Source: Dipteris shenzhenensis (lineage: Eukaryota). Taken from it: DNA of 64,000 nt. The notes beneath the pieces were generated by a model. It saw nothing but the letters and a program-made list of their open reading frames with translations, was not told the origin of the DNA and made no database searches. The translations under genes and the position numbers were made by a program. Position 1 is the first letter of the stretch; the number at the start of each line of letters is the position of its first letter. The DNA is taken from NCBI GenBank assembly GCA_047967505.1, contig CM106538.1. The stretch is one strand, 5' to 3'. Below, piece by piece: positions 10,901 to 24,430 of this stretch.

Positions 10901-13900
10901 GTGTTTTTTGCAGTGACAGAATATTTTGCAGTGTTCTGTAATGGCATCTGATTCTCTTTCACAGATTGTCACTGAAAAGCTTGACAAGAACAACTTCCAG
11001 GCATGGAAGTTTAGAATGACGAATTTCTTGATGGGAAAATGTTATTGGGAATTCATTACAGGAAATGAAGAAGGACCTGTTCTTCCTAATGTTCCCAGTC
11101 AACAGGAAATGCAGGCATTCAAAGGATGGCATGAGAGAGCCAGGAAAGTTATGTACTGGCTGTCTATCAGTATTTCGGACTCCATGATTGTGCATATTCA
11201 GGATGCAAATACGCCAAAGGAGGCATGGGATACTTTGGCAAAAATGTACAGCACAAATACGCAAGCCAGGAAAATGCAACTCAAACAGGAGTTGCACAAT
11301 GTGCAGAGAGAAAATTTGAGCATAAATGACTACCACATGAAAGTGAAGAAAATTGCAGATGCACTTGCTTCCATTGGGTCGCCAGTGGATGATGATGATT
11401 TGGTTTCTCTGACCTTGAATGGTCTAGGAAAGGATTATGCACAGTTCCGGACATCCATTACCATCCGTGAAAAATTTCCTGATTTTGAGGAGCTGATTGC
11501 TCTTCTAATTTTTGAAGAGCAGAGAAATGGTGGTGCATCTTCTTCAGCAGGAACTTCAAAAGAAACTGTCTTCTACTCAAATGCTGGCAGAGGTAGAGGC
11601 AGAGGTAGAGGAGGCCGATCTGCAGCCGTGGTAGAAATCAAAATATGCAGCAAATGCAAGAAAACCAGTCCTATGCAAGAGGACGTGGTAACTCTAGAGG
11701 CAGGGGGAGCCAAAGAGGCCGTGGTGGATGGCAGAGAAGCCAAAATGCAAACAGCAATATTGAATGCTACTATTGTGGCAAAATGGGTCATATGGCTAAG
11801 GACTGCTACAAAAAGCAGAATGACATTATGAATGGAAAATTGCAGCAAGGCAATTATGCATCTTCTAGCAGGCAGGGTGATGACAGAAATGAGCATCTAT
11901 TTATGGTGCAGCATATGACCAATTCTGTGACAAGTGCAGAAGAACAAAATGATGTGTGGTATGTTGACTCAGGTGCATCAAACCACATGACAGGTCACGT
12001 TGAATGGATGCAGGATGCAAGAAAAATGGAAAAACCAGGATTTGTGGAGACTGGTGATGATACTACACATCCTATTGTGCAGATTGGCGAAATTCCTTTG
12101 TCTATGCAGGATGGGAAAAAGAAATACTTGTCTGATGTATTTCATGTCCCGAACATCACCAAGAACCTGGTTTCTATTGGTCAAATGGTTGAGCAGGGCT
12201 TGTAGGTTAGATTTAATCCTCAGACAGGTCAAATGGTTGAGCAGGGCTTGTAGGGCTTGTAGGAAAGAAGAAGGGTAGGATGTTTACGTTGGATGCAGAC
12301 ATGCCTGAATTGAGTGCAGCAATGTTTGCACATGGGATCGGTGTAGTTGCAGATATTGATATCTGGCACAAACGCATTGGTCATGTTAATATACAGGGAC
12401 TTAAATCAATGCAAGCCCAAAATATTGTTGCAGGATTGCCTAAATTCAAGGTTGCAGAAATGCACAAGGCTTGTGAAGCCTGTCAATTTGGGAAACAGGC
12501 AAGGAAACCTTTTCCTAGGCATGTTCAATAGAGTAAAAAGCCATTGGAATTAATCCACTCTGATGTGTGGACTACAAAAGCTGCATCTATTGGAGGCTGT
12601 CACTATTTTCTCACATTTATTGATGACTTCAGCAGAAAACTGTGGGTGTATTTTATGAAAAAGAAAAGTGAAGTGTTTGGGCACTTCAAAGCTTTCAAAG
12701 CTATGGTGGAAAAAGAAACAGGCCTGCAAATAAAATGCCTAAGGTCAGATGGAGGGGGAGAGTACCTCTCAAATGAGTTTGCAAGGTTCTTGCAGGAGCA
12801 TGGTATAAAGCAGCAATATTCATGCAGTCATACCCCACAGCAAATTGGAATTGCAGAAAGAAAAAACAGGCATATTGGAGAGGTATCTCGGGCTATGCTA
12901 AATGAAAAAGATCTACCAGATTATTATTAGGCTGAAGCAGTTGCTACAGCAGTCTATATAATGAACAAGACTCCCACTGTAGCAATACATGGCATGACAC
13001 CAGAGGAGATGTATACTGGTAGGAAACCAGATATTTCTCATTTGAAAATTTTTGGTTGCATTGCCTATGTCCATGTGCCAGATGAGTTGAGGTCCAAGTT
13101 GGATCCAAAAGCTGAGAAGTGCATCTTTATTGGTTATTCTCTGCAGCAGAAAGGGTATAGATGCTATAACCCTTCTACACGTAAGTTCACAGTGAGCAGA
13201 GATGTTGTTTTTGATGAGATGAGCAGCTGGTATAAACCAGTAAATGTGATGATTGATGTAGATGCACAAAATGGTAATGCTGCATAGAATGCACAGCAGC
13301 AATCAAAAAATATCACTGGACCTGGAGTGTCCTCTACCAGTAGTTCACATACGTCGCCATGGACAGGCAGATTGAGATCAGGAGAATCCCCTCAAAGCAA
13401 TGCAGAGAGTGGTACGCAGGTATCACGAAAAGGAAAAGAGAAGGTAGATCAGCCCATGTTTGATGTGAATGCAGGTCACTCTTGTGTGGATGGTGAATCC
13501 AATGGCTCAGAACAGAGCATTGATGATGAGTTGGGTATTCCTTCTGTTGTTACACCTGGAGTAAGGAAGACCAGGGATGTTTTGAGAGCACCTGGAAGTG
13601 AGCCTATTTTGCGCAGGTCTACCAGGGTTAGGTATCTTGTGGATAGGCTGAAATATGATGGATTTACAGCCATTCACTATGCCTATATGGTCAAAGTGAT
13701 ACAGGAACCAGAACCCACTTCTTTTGAGCAAGCCATGGGAAATGAAAAATGGGAGAAAGCCATGGATGAAGAAATGGATGCCTTGGATGCTAATGCTACA
13801 TGGGAATTGGTGCCTTTGCCTAAAGGCAAGAATGCAATTGGCTGTAAATGGGTTTATAAGATCAAGCACAATGCAAATGGTTCTGTGAATAGATACAAGG

Positions 13901-14656
13901 CAAGATTAGTTGTCAAGGGGTATGCACAGACATATGGCATTGATTATGAAGAAACTTTCAGCCCGGTTGCAAGGATGGCAACCGTAAGAGCAGCCATTGC
14001 TATGGCTGCATCAAAGGGATGGTCTTTACATCAGATGGATGTAAAGAATGCCTTCTTGCATGGTGATTTGCAAGAAGAGGTCTTTATGGAGCAGCCAGCA
14101 GGTTATGTTCATGCTATTCATCCTGAGTTTGTTTGCAGGTTGAAGAAAGCCTTGTATGGCTTGAAGCAAGCACCTAGAGCATGGTCTGACAAGATAGGAC
14201 AGTATCTTGTCACTATTGGCTTTCAGATTTCCAAGGCAGATTTCTCACTCTATGTGAGAAAAACAGAGAAAGGGATTATGCTGCTGGTCATTTATGTTGA
14301 TGATTTGATCATCACAGGTGATAGTGATGAAGATATCCTTCATGTGAAAATGCTATTGAGGCAAAAGTTTGAGATGAAGGATTTGGGAGAGCTGCGTTAT
14401 TTCTTGGGCATTGAGGTGATTATATCACCAAGTGGGATACAGCTCTTGCAGAGGCAGTATGGATTGGACATGCTATCCAAATATGGGATGACAGGCTGTA
14501 AGCCTATTTCAGTTCCTTTGGAGCAGAATGTGAAGCTGAGCGCAGATGCAGGTGAGCTTCTGGAGGACCCTACTATGTACAGATGCATAGTAGGAAGTTT
14601 GATTTACATGACTATTACCAGGCCAAATTTGAGCTATGTTGTTGGGTTGGTAAGTC

Positions 14657-14888
14657 AGTTTATGCAGGCTCCAAGGAAACCGCATTTGGATGCGGCTAGA
14701 CGCATACTCAGGTATGTGAAGTCCACATTGCAGTATGGACTATTTTATGAGGCTGGGGTTCAGATACAGTTGAGTTTATGCAGGCTCCAAGGAAACCGCA
14801 TTTGGATGCGGCTAGACGCATACTCAGGTATGTGAAGTCCACATTGCAGTATGGACTATTTTATGAGGCTGGGGTTCAGATACAGTTG
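14657..14888 (+). repeat. 116-bp tandem duplication inside copia-A pol
   Basis: 14657-14772 is repeated at 14773-14888 and causes a frameshift. Confidence 0.95.
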
Positions 14889-14977
14889 CATGGATACACT
14901 GATGCTGATTGGGCTGGTAGCATTTCAGATAGACGATCTACCAGTGGATATGTGTTCTCTTTTGGGAGTGCGGCAGT

Positions 14978-15273
14978 CAGGGGTGCTTTTATCGAAGCTA
15001 TGCTTATATATTAGTATAAAATCTTGGCGAAAGTTTTCAAGATTGTTTTTTTAGTTTCATAATTTTATTAAAATGTAGTACATCTTTATATATGTTCTTT
15101 TGAATTTCGAAGGAAAAAATGTAAATCCTAGCGAAACTTTGAATTTTTTTGCATATAAGTGTCAAATCTTGGCGAATGTTTCAAACATTTATTTTTATTA
15201 GGGCATACAAACTTTCGATGCTAATATAAAAGTTTAGCTTCTTAATGAAACTAACTTGAAAAAATCATCCATG
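14978..15273. mobile_element. 296-bp AT-rich hAT-type MITE inserted in copia-A RNase H
   Basis: 8-bp TSD GCGGCAGT (14970-14977, 15274-15281). Imperfect TIR CAGGGGTGCTTTT / AAAATCATCCATG. Removal restores GSAAVTWSSKK. Confidence 0.85.
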
Positions 15274-16269
15274 GCGGCAGTCACTTGGAGCAGCAAGAAA
15301 TAGCCTACAGTTGCCTTGTCGAGCACAGAGGCTGAGTACAGGGGTGCAACAATGGCTGCATGTGAGGTAGCTTGGTTGCATAAGCTACTTTATGATATGC
15401 ATCAGTCTACAGATGGGCCGGTTGTCATTTATTGTGACAACATGTGCAGTATACATTTGGCAAAGAACCCAGTCTTTCATGCTAGAACAAAGCACATTGA
15501 GGTGCATTATCACTATGTGTGGGAGAAGGTTTTACTAGGTCTCATTGATCTAGTTTATGTCAGCACAGAGGATCAGGTAGCTGATATATTCATGAAAGCA
15601 TTGGGCGCAGAGAAGCTGCGCAAGTTCAGAGACCTGCTTGGTGTGCAGGATTTGGGATTGAGCTCGAGGGGGAGTGTTGAGATATCGAGCTCCACTCGCG
15701 ATATGCCACGGTGACTGTTGTGCATTTATGTCACCAACTTGTTAGCTAGAGATGCGGTTGGTACACCACCCATGAATAATAGCTGGATGACAGCTATCCT
15801 TATCTACTCTAGTTTGTGGCTCAGTTAGTATGCCACCTTAGTTAGTTGAGTTTGGTTTGAGACCCACATATAGGGTTCTTCTATTTCTTTGTATTTGAGT
15901 TCTTTTGGCTTTTACAACTAAGAAGAGGAAAACTGTTTTCAGCCTCCACCTTTGTGTGTACACATTCCCCCATTGTGCATGTGAGAAAGCCGCAAGTGAG
16001 ACTCCTTCCCTCTCTCCCACTATCTTCACAACAGGTGCATGATGCATTGTTTGTCTAGCATTGCTTTATGTTGCATTGTGATTGTCTACGAAAATAGGGT
16101 GTTGCTTCGAAAAGACATTGGGTTTGGTCAGATGGTGTAGCCTCATAGTTTAAGGCTTCCAAGCCATTCTATTTTGTTGCAAGATATGCCGGATTGACAG
16201 GAATGGAGAGGATTTGGTTCTTTGTTGGATCAGGACGTGGCAAGGAAGAGCATGATGGTGCTAGAGCCA

Positions 16270-19200
16270 TGGTATCACCAAACTTAGGATGCCTATTTGA
16301 GTGCATTGTGGCACAAGATGTATGGTCACCTCAACTTCAAAAGCCTTGTAGCCCTCAAAAAGACAAACATGGTACAAGGGCTTCCACTGTTGTACTTTCA
16401 AAAAGATATATGTGAGGCTTGTTGCATGGGTAAGCAACAGAGACAGCCCTTTCCAACATCTTTAACTGGAAGTACTGATGTTATTAGATCATTCATTCAC
16501 ATCTATGGGGTCTAACTTCTAAACCATCTCTTGGCAAGGCTTTGTATTTCATGGCCTTCATCGATGATTACTCACAGAAGACTTGGATCTACTTCTTGAA
16601 ACAGAATTCTGATGCATTTAACACTTTCAAAGACTTCAAAGCCTTGGTAGAAAAGTAGACCGGCAAGTACCTAAAGATCATCCATTGTGACAATGGAGGT
16701 GAATACAAATCCAAAGAGTTCCATGCCTTTTGTAGACAGCATAGCATCACACATCAATTCACATGCAGGTATACCCCTCAGCAAAATGGGGTTGGTGAAC
16801 AAAAGAATAGGGTGATTGCAAAGTCATCTAGATGCATGTTTGATGAGAAGAATGTTCCAAGACAGTATTGGGCCAAGACATGTGACACAGTTGTGTACTT
16901 GATGAATAAGAGTCCCACTGCTTCATTGCAAGATATAACACCAGAAGAGGCATTCACAGGAACTAAGCCCTCTATTGGTCACTTGAGAGTATTTGGCTCT
17001 CTTTCTTATGCTCATGTTCCTCCCGCACTTAGGACTAAACTTGATGTCAAATCAATCAAGTGTGTTTTTCTTGGATATATTGCAGAGTCGAAGGGATACC
17101 AACTCTATGATTCGGTCAAGCAAAAGTTGATTATAACAAGGGATGTTATCATTGACGAGGCTTCATCATACTTTAACAGTCTGACTACAGTTTCTACTCC
17201 GCCTCAGCCAACAATGCCAGTGATACATCAGATTTCTTTGCATGCAGAGTCAGATAGTATGCAATCCACAGTGACCACTCAGAGTAAAGGCAAAGAAAAG
17301 GTTCTTGACATAATGGATACAACAACTACCATGGTCATCACTGAGATTCCTGAAAGTTCCACTTCCAATCTCAGAAGATCTGCTTGTGATCGAAAGACAC
17401 GTGAGAGCTGGACCTACAAATGCATTCATGGCCAAAGAGATGGAGTTTGATGAACCAGCCTCCTTCAAAGATGCACTGCAAGTCCCTAAGTGGCAACATG
17501 CAATGGATGAAGAGTACAATGCTCTTCTCAAGAACCATATTTGAACCTTGACAGTAGAGAAGAAGCCCATAGGATGCAAATGGGTTTAAAAAGTCAAACT
17601 CAACTCAATTGGTGAGGTTGGCATATACAAGGCTAGGTTGGTAGCCAAGGGATATGTTCAAGAGTATGGCATAGATTATGAGGAAACCTTTGCACCAATT
17701 GCAAAGATGACTACCGTTAGGATAGCCATAGCTCTTGCAGCTCACTTTGATTGGCCCATCCACCAGATGGATGTGAATAATGCCTTGCTTAATGGTATTC
17801 TAGATGAGGAAATCTACATGATATAGCCTCCAAGATATGCTATTACTGGGATGGAACAAAAAGTCTGCAAGTTGCAGAAATCACTTTATGGTTTGAAACA
17901 GGCTCCTCGTGCATGGAATGCAAGGATTCGTCGTCACTTTCTGACATCCGGTTTTCAACCATCAATTCAGATCCATCTCTTTACATCAGAAAGACTACAA
18001 AAGACATCCTTCTTGTAATGCTCTATGTTGATGACTTGATCATTAGCGGCTCCCATGGACATCTCATCTTAGAAACAAAGAGTCGGCTCACCTCAGAGTT
18101 TGACATGAAATATGTGAGAACTCCAAGATTTTCTTGGTACAGAAATATGGAGAGATTACACAAGGATCACGCTTTCTCAAGGAAAGTACACTCAAAAGGT
18201 ACTTGAGCAATTTCATCTACATGACTGCAAGCCACTCCCTACTCCTATGGAATGCAATATCAAGTTGTTACCACTTGACACTTCTCCAGCTTCAGATCCT
18301 CTACAATACAGACAACTCATTGGCAACTTGATCTATTTGACTATCACCAGCCAGACATATCCTCCTATGCAATTGGTGTGCTCAACTAGTTCATGCAGAA
18401 TCCCAAGAAGACTACCTCCTTGTAGCAAAGAGAGTACTCAGATACCTTCACGGTACATGGGATCATGGACTACATTATACCAGGTCATCCGACTTACACT
18501 TCCATGGTTAAACAGATGTTGATTGGGCATGTTGATTGGGCAGGAAGTGTAAATGACAGAAGATCCACTAGTGGATACTACTTTAGTCTTGGCTCCACAG
18601 CTTTGTCATGGCAAAGCAACAAGCAACCAATAGTGGTATTGTCTTCCACCGAAGTAGAGTATAGAGGATCCACCAATGCAACGTGTGAAGCAATTTGGTC
18701 CAAAAGGCTTCTTTCAGAGATTGAGATACTTTTGGAGACCCTACTGTGCTCTATTCAGATAATATGAGTAGCATTCAACTGGCAAAGAACCCAGTATTTC
18801 ATGCCAGAACAAAACACATTGAATTGCATTATCACTTCGTTCGTGAGAAAGTTCTTAATGAAGAGATCGACTTGCTACATTGTTCGACACAAGAACAAGT
18901 TGCAGACATCTTCACGAAGCCACTTTCCCTTAATAAGTTTGCACACTTTCGACATCAGCGTGGTCTTCACCAATTGCAACTTAAGAGGGGGAAGTGAAGG
19001 TTAAGTCATACACCTTTGTACATACTTTTTCCGTTGTGCTCTTTTTGCACTCTTGTGCATCTTTTCTGATCTTTATTTCTATTGTCGTTGTGCAACATTC
19101 AGAAAATCCAAAATTTATGGTTTGTAAAGCACCCTCTTCTTATGTAGTGCAATTTAAGAGGGGGTGTTGAGAATAGTGTGTGTAAATTGCACCATAAGGG

Positions 19201-19330
19201 TTATGGGACAAACCCTAACCCTAACCCTAAGGGGTCCATGTATATATTCCTATTTTGCTTAGAATATAGTTAGTGTGCAACTAGTATCTTGTGTGCACTC
19301 CTCTCTCTCCCTCTCCCATTTCCGTTAACA
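16270..19330 (+). mobile_element. 5'-truncated decayed copia (IN-RT-RH + 3' LTR), copia-B
   Basis: LWHKMYGHLNF, HLRVFGS, QMDVNNALLNG, YVDDLII, HARTKHIELHYHF. PPT AAGAGGGGG is followed by LTR 19165-19330 (TGTT...AACA). Confidence 0.9.
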
Positions 19331-19899
19331 ATCATATAGGATTCCCCAGTGCTTTCTCTTAAAGAAATGGTAACTACTACTCCTTAACATATAGGATTCA
19401 CGAATGCTTTCTACATCATATAGGATTCACCAATGCTTTCTCCTAAGGAAATGGAAATTGCTACTCCCAAAAAATTGAATTCAATGCTCTCTTTAGAGCT
19501 TAGTCTCAAGGGCTATCCAAGGACTTTCCCCACTTGTTTGATAGTAGTTACCATCAACTGATGGAGCATGTGATTGAGCTAAAGGGTGGATGCCAAGATA
19601 GTAGTGCAAAAGCTAGCGTTGCTAATAGTGCAATGTTGGTTGTACAAAAAAAATCTTGCAAAGATCAAGTGATGATTTTGGTTGAAGCATGTTCTTTAAT
19701 TCTAGTGCACAATTATGGTGCACAATGGCCATGGCCATTCAAGCGACTAATGGTAAGGTCATGATTTAGATCGAATATGCACTCATTTTAATGCTCCCAT
19801 GGAGATTTTTCTATATTGAAATCATGGTTCCCATTTCCTTAATGTCAATGTTGTATAATTATTGAACATAGTGTATCAAGAATTGTACTTAAAGCATTT

Positions 19900-20130
19900 A
19901 CTATTCTACCAGTAATGGACAAGTAAAGAGAACTAATGGAATCATATGCAAGTCCATTGAGAAGTGATAGGTCAATGCATTTGAAGGGGTCCAAGGTAGT
20001 ATGGGCTTACAATATCACACATAAAATTACCATTACTCATACACCATTTGAACTTATGTATGCCATCGAGGTGGTCCTACAGATGGATATTGTGATCTCA
20101 ACATTGAGGCTTGCATCAAGCATTGATTGA
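19900..20130 (+). mobile_element. Gypsy-type integrase remnant
   Basis: VWAYNITHKITITHTPFELMYA resembles the LWAYRT..TG.TPF.L.YG integrase motif. Confidence 0.55.
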
Positions 20131-20199
20131 TAGAACTATAGAAGATAGAGGCCAAGATTCCTATAGATAGAGAGGAAGTACAAGATTAAGAGGCCTAAT

Positions 20200-21400
20200 G
20201 CTTCTTTGATAGAGTGTGTATCCATGTCATCCAACTAAATTCATCGATGAATGTAAGGAAGTACATAGATCTAACAAGGGATCTCAAACGTTGGCCCATA
20301 GATGCTTGAGTGAACCAGTTGGATTGGTTTCATGGCCTGAGTCATGGCCACTATTAAGAACAAACCCAATATTGCTTGCCTTCCATGCAAGCTTGACAAA
20401 CTATGTGATTGATGATGAATGGTGAGAGCTCATCCACCATTTGAGATCTTTTCACTACATCCAAGAGTGAATGTCCGAGATGGCCAAAACTCTTACCACA
20501 ACCTTAAGGCACCCTTGTTGGCTTGGACCAACATAGTACTAAACTTGTAGAGGTCTTCCTACTCTGCCCCTATGTGGCAGCCACCATTCCTATGCCTTTG
20601 GATTGAATGACCACAACCTCTTCATCAAAGTCCCGTTTCCTGCAACCTAGTTAACAAAAGACAGGTTATTGAACATAAACTCCTTGAGAACTTTCTCCTC
20701 TTCAGTGGTGGTCTTGAATGGCATGCTTTTGATTCCATGAATGGGACAACTATGATTTACCCCCATAGTGGCATTGGATCCAAAACCCAATTCAATGAGT
20801 GTCTTGAATTACTCTCAAGATGCACCACTATGTACATACCAATCTTCAACAATCGGGGTTACCAAGACTACGAATTATCTTTCCACTACCCAAGCAACAA
20901 ATAGATCCTCCTTGATGATTTTTGCCAGCTCCATCTTTGTTGGATTCATTTTGGCACTTTTTAATCCCCTTCATTATGGATTCATTATCTTACTTTGGTT
21001 TTCTATGGCATGATGTCCCAGTTTGCCACAATTGAAGCACTTCTTCAACATCTTTCAGCTTCAATCTTTTTCAACTATAACTTCTCATGTAATTGGCTCA
21101 TGTCAGGTTTGCCTTTGTCATTTCTTTTTACAAGAAAGGTCTTCATCAATACTAGCTATCCAAAAATAACCAATGTTGACCTCTGTCCTGCAATCATTGT
21201 CCTCATGAACCCTTTGCCCAAACCCTATTTTTCTTTAAAGGACAACACGCAATGAAATCCTCTCTCTGTACTATGTCACTTGCACTAAGCGGCAACAAAA
21301 TGAAGCAAAACACACGATTATACTATGAAACATTCATGACCGAAGATCACACCAAATTCATTACCAAATACCATAACAGTTCGCTCCTTGGTTGCAATGC
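20200..21400 (-). mobile_element. Decayed copia gag/protease remnant
   Basis: Minus strand reads EDWYVHSGAS (DSGAS-like) near 20820-20850; boundaries approximate. Confidence 0.55.
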
Positions 21401-22102
21401 TGCAGCTTCCAAATTTCTAGTGACTTTAGGCTAAAGCAAGGAAATTTTGTGGTAAGTTTTAGTTTTACTTGGTTTACCTAATTCACTTATAAATTACTTC
21501 AAATCTATCTTATAAGCTCTAATATTGAAATAGTCTCCAAGTAAAATGAGTGACTTTTTTATGCACTTGCTTTTTTAAAGGCCTAATTGTCACTTAATTA
21601 AACAATAGTAATCAAAATCTTATTATTGCTTATTAAGGTCAACACCCCAAATTAATTGCTTCGCTAAGAAAAGTAATCATAAATCATGAGTTTATACCTT
21701 TAGTGATTCCTTTATAGCTTTTCTTTTTTCACAAATATTTGATATACTAGTCTTGAGCCAAGCCTTTTTTCTTGAAGATCCAGTTTCTTCCCCATGCACA
21801 CTAAGAAGTGTCACGATTGTGCCATGGACAAAAACTTCTATGTAAATCGTCGTCGTTACATTCTACAGATGTGTCTATAGGATGTGAATTAAGGACTACA
21901 TGCACAATGCTTTGATCTATTAGTTATACAGGTCACCTTAATCTCTCCTTGCAACCTTCAAAGTTAACACCAAACCACTAGCTACATGGGTCACCTTAAT
22001 CTCCTCTTGAAACCATCATAGAGACCAAAACTTTGTAGCAAATTATTAAGATGAGTTGTGAATTTTAAAATCAGGGAAATTAAGCACTACATGCATTAAT
22101 AC

Positions 22103-22374
22103 TTTTCAAGGTATAAATACCCATTATATTAAATTTAGTGTCCTGGAAGTAAAAGTAGAACACTTCGCAAAATATCCTTGCCAAGAAATCATTTCAGAGT
22201 TTTCACAAAATAGTCGATCCCTGGATTCACAAAAACCCTTTTCAAGATATAAATACCCATTATGTTAAATTTAGTGTCGTGGAAGTAAAGGTAAAACACT
22301 TCACAAGATGTCATTGCCAAGCAACCATTCTAGAGCTTTCACAAATAAGTCGATCCCTTGATTCACAAAAACCA
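22103..22374. repeat. 136-bp diverged tandem duplication
   Basis: 22103-22238 vs 22239-22374 (TTTTCAAG.TATAAATACCCATTAT...GATTCACAAAAACC). Confidence 0.9.
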
Positions 22375-22911
22375 TGTTGCATGACAAAGCAAATAATGAG
22401 TTATAATGAACACAATTAGGTTTCTAAAGACCCACGGAGTCTCTTGGGCAAACCCCCTGCTTACTAAAACACGTCAAATAGACAAAAAAGAGAAAGAAAA
22501 GAAGGAAGAAGGTAAATAAACAAATAAACCAAAAAACAGGAATAAAATCTCTCTCTCTCTCTCTCTCTCTCTCATGTAGGAATGAAAGAAAGAATTTACC
22601 CAATAAACTATTTAAAACATAAGAAACTAAATCAATGTCTTACAATTATGTACCGCTTCCTACAAAGATACAAAATTCGAAACACTCTTACCCAAAGGGA
22701 TTCCTATAATTTGTTGAAAGAAAGAATCACCTATTGTGATGTAAAGATTATCTAAAAGAAAAACTTTCCAAGAGCAAACATCTTCAACACGACCTTTGTG
22801 TATCTTTTCTTTTTAGAATCAATTTCATGATATTAATTATTCAGCCACAAAAAGTCAACATAAAGCTGTTTCCTCAACTTTTAGCACTTTGCATCTATCC
22901 CAGAGCTACCT

Positions 22912-23210
22912 AAAAAATGTTAACCTGCATGTACCACTGCTTACAGGGAACATAGCAAACATGTACAGGGAACATTGCAAAAAAGTTAACCTGCATATAC
23001 CACTGCTTGCAGGGAACGTAGCAAACATGTACAGCCTTCATGCTACATGTAGAGAGCATTTGAATTCTAGATTGAACAGACAACATGCCAGTGCTGATTG
23101 GCCATGCAACAATTATTTGATCCTTGCATGAGCCTACATGTAGACTACATTTGAATTGTGTATTTAACACAAAAAACCATATGCCTGCTGATTGGTCATG
23201 CAACAATTTG
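22912..23210. repeat. Two adjacent short tandem duplications (~65 bp and ~90 bp)
   Basis: GTTAACCTGCAT.TACCACTGCTT occurs twice; CTACATGTAGA...TGCTGATTGG.CATGCAACAATT occurs twice. Confidence 0.8.
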
Positions 23211-23792
23211 ATGCCTGTCAACTTAAGACCTTGAAGACCCACGCTCAAGAGCTCATGCAAACTACAGAGAATAAAAATCTTGAAAGTGGCTAGAGAGCTT
23301 AAAATGCCAAGGAAAAGCCTGATCCAGCTCTAACTCAACATTGCAGCCTGCTGATATTTTGTTTAGCGTGTAGGAAACGCAATGAATTATGGCTCTTATC
23401 TCAATGGATCAGGTTTGTTTGAGCCAGCACACAAACAAAGATTATTTGAACATGGAACATTCCCTGCACTCATTTATTTCTCTTCACAGGAAAAAAGACC
23501 CTTCCATTTTTAAGATAACTACCCAAGACAATTCACGAACCTCATGTCAAAGAACTGGCCATGAATTGAACCTACATTAAAAAAACATTTCTGCTGATAT
23601 CCAATTTAAGGAGTCAAGCCACAACCTTTTGCTGGTTGGTCCACTACAAATATATACCATCATAGGACTAGAGTATAACCAATCTTACAGATTAAAACAA
23701 GCAAAAGAACAAAGGAGAATGGAATTTGTATGCTGGTTTGTCCACTATAGGGATGAAACCAATGGCTTCTAAAGTATTAGCTCTTCCATGAC

Positions 23793-23864
23793 TCAGGATT
23801 TGACAATTTTTGGTCTCCAAAGGTTTTGTCTGTACTTTTCAGTGAAGCGCAAGATCAGTTTCCT
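23793..23864 (-). CDS. mS41: Exon 3 of IGR-motif mitoribosomal small-subunit protein (mS41/Fyv4-like)
   Basis: Acceptor tttttttgcag, then RKLILRFTEKYRQNLWRPKIVKS*. This is the expected continuation of plant IGR proteins (GIPCKH-RKLILKY..KYRLGLWRP) and is phase-0 compatible with exon 2. Confidence 0.9.
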   Translation of the reverse strand, partial: RKLILRFTEKYRQNLWRPKIVKS

Positions 23865-24189
23865 CTGCAAAAAAATGGGCAAGATCAGTCAGTAAGAGGA
23901 AAAACAGAGATGCCGTAATCAGCAGAAGTGACTGTCAAAACCCTTATATGGCAAACATCCAGAGACAGCTGATAATTATTTCCTTTCGAGGGAAAATTCA
24001 TATTGAGTAAATAAGCAACAGTAGTGCACAAACATGGACCTTGAGACATTAGCAAACGTAGGGACTTTCTTCCCCCTAATAGCTTGCTTTGAATAAGGAA
24101 AGCAAACTACAACATCTTCACGTCCATTTTACTACAAGCTTTATTGGTTCTGTTTTAGACATTTTTCACATAAAATTGAAAGCCTTATA

Positions 24190-24430
24190 TCAGACAACAG
24201 ATATACATGACCTTGGCATTCGATCTTGGCCCACAAGGCTGGAGAGCTTCTGCAAGCCACGGCCTGCAGGCATCTTTTACCTTCTCACAGATCAAGGAAT
24301 CCCCTGGTCGAATAGCCCTCCCTCCTGGCTGTTGGTGCCCACTTCCAGGATACCTTAGGCGATGAGTTGGGATTCTAAGAGGCAAGCCACACAAACCGCC
24401 AGCACTTTCTTTTGATCAGCACCTCACGGA
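24190..24430 (-). mobile_element. L1/Tx1-like LINE ORF2 remnant
   Basis: Frameshifted CWRFVW...PKVSWKW...QEGGL...ALWAK resembles the VSW..PK.EGGLG..AL..KW motif downstream of L1-clade RT. Confidence 0.45.

Larger units (their letters stand above)
10941..15674 (+). pseudogene. copia-A gag-pol (Gag zinc knuckle, PR, IN, RT, RNase H), disrupted
   Basis: CYYCGKMGHMAKDC, VDSGAS, LRSDGGGEY, QMDVKNAFLHG, YVDDLII, ARTKHIEVHYH. Contains stops, frameshifts, a duplication and a MITE. Confidence 0.95.
10120..16030 (+). mobile_element. Full-length Ty1/copia LTR retrotransposon (defective), copia-A
   Basis: LTRs 10120-10447 and 15675-16030 (TG...CA); TSD ACAGG at 10115-10119 and 16031-16035; PBS TGGTATCAGAGCC (tRNA-iMet type) 10448-10460; PPT GAGGGGGAG 15666-15674. 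LTRs differ by ~24-bp and 4-bp indels plus a few substitutions. Confidence 0.97.
10035..16268 (+). pseudogene. Second Sola-like transposase fragment, split by the copia insertion
   Basis: AGDITKTIHFFISDD lies left of the copia. HDALFV*HCFMLH..RHWVWSDGVAS*FKASKPFYFVARY..WFFVGSGRGKEEHDGA lies right of it. Homologous to ~2505-2790. Confidence 0.7.

Noticed and set aside
19211-19230. (CCCTAA)3 telomere-like repeat
   Set aside because: Only three units, inside an LTR; a similar decayed motif is in the related LTR near 62580. Not a telomere relic.
22103-22374. Tandem snoRNA pair
   Set aside because: No convincing C/D or H/ACA boxes seen; treated as a simple duplication.
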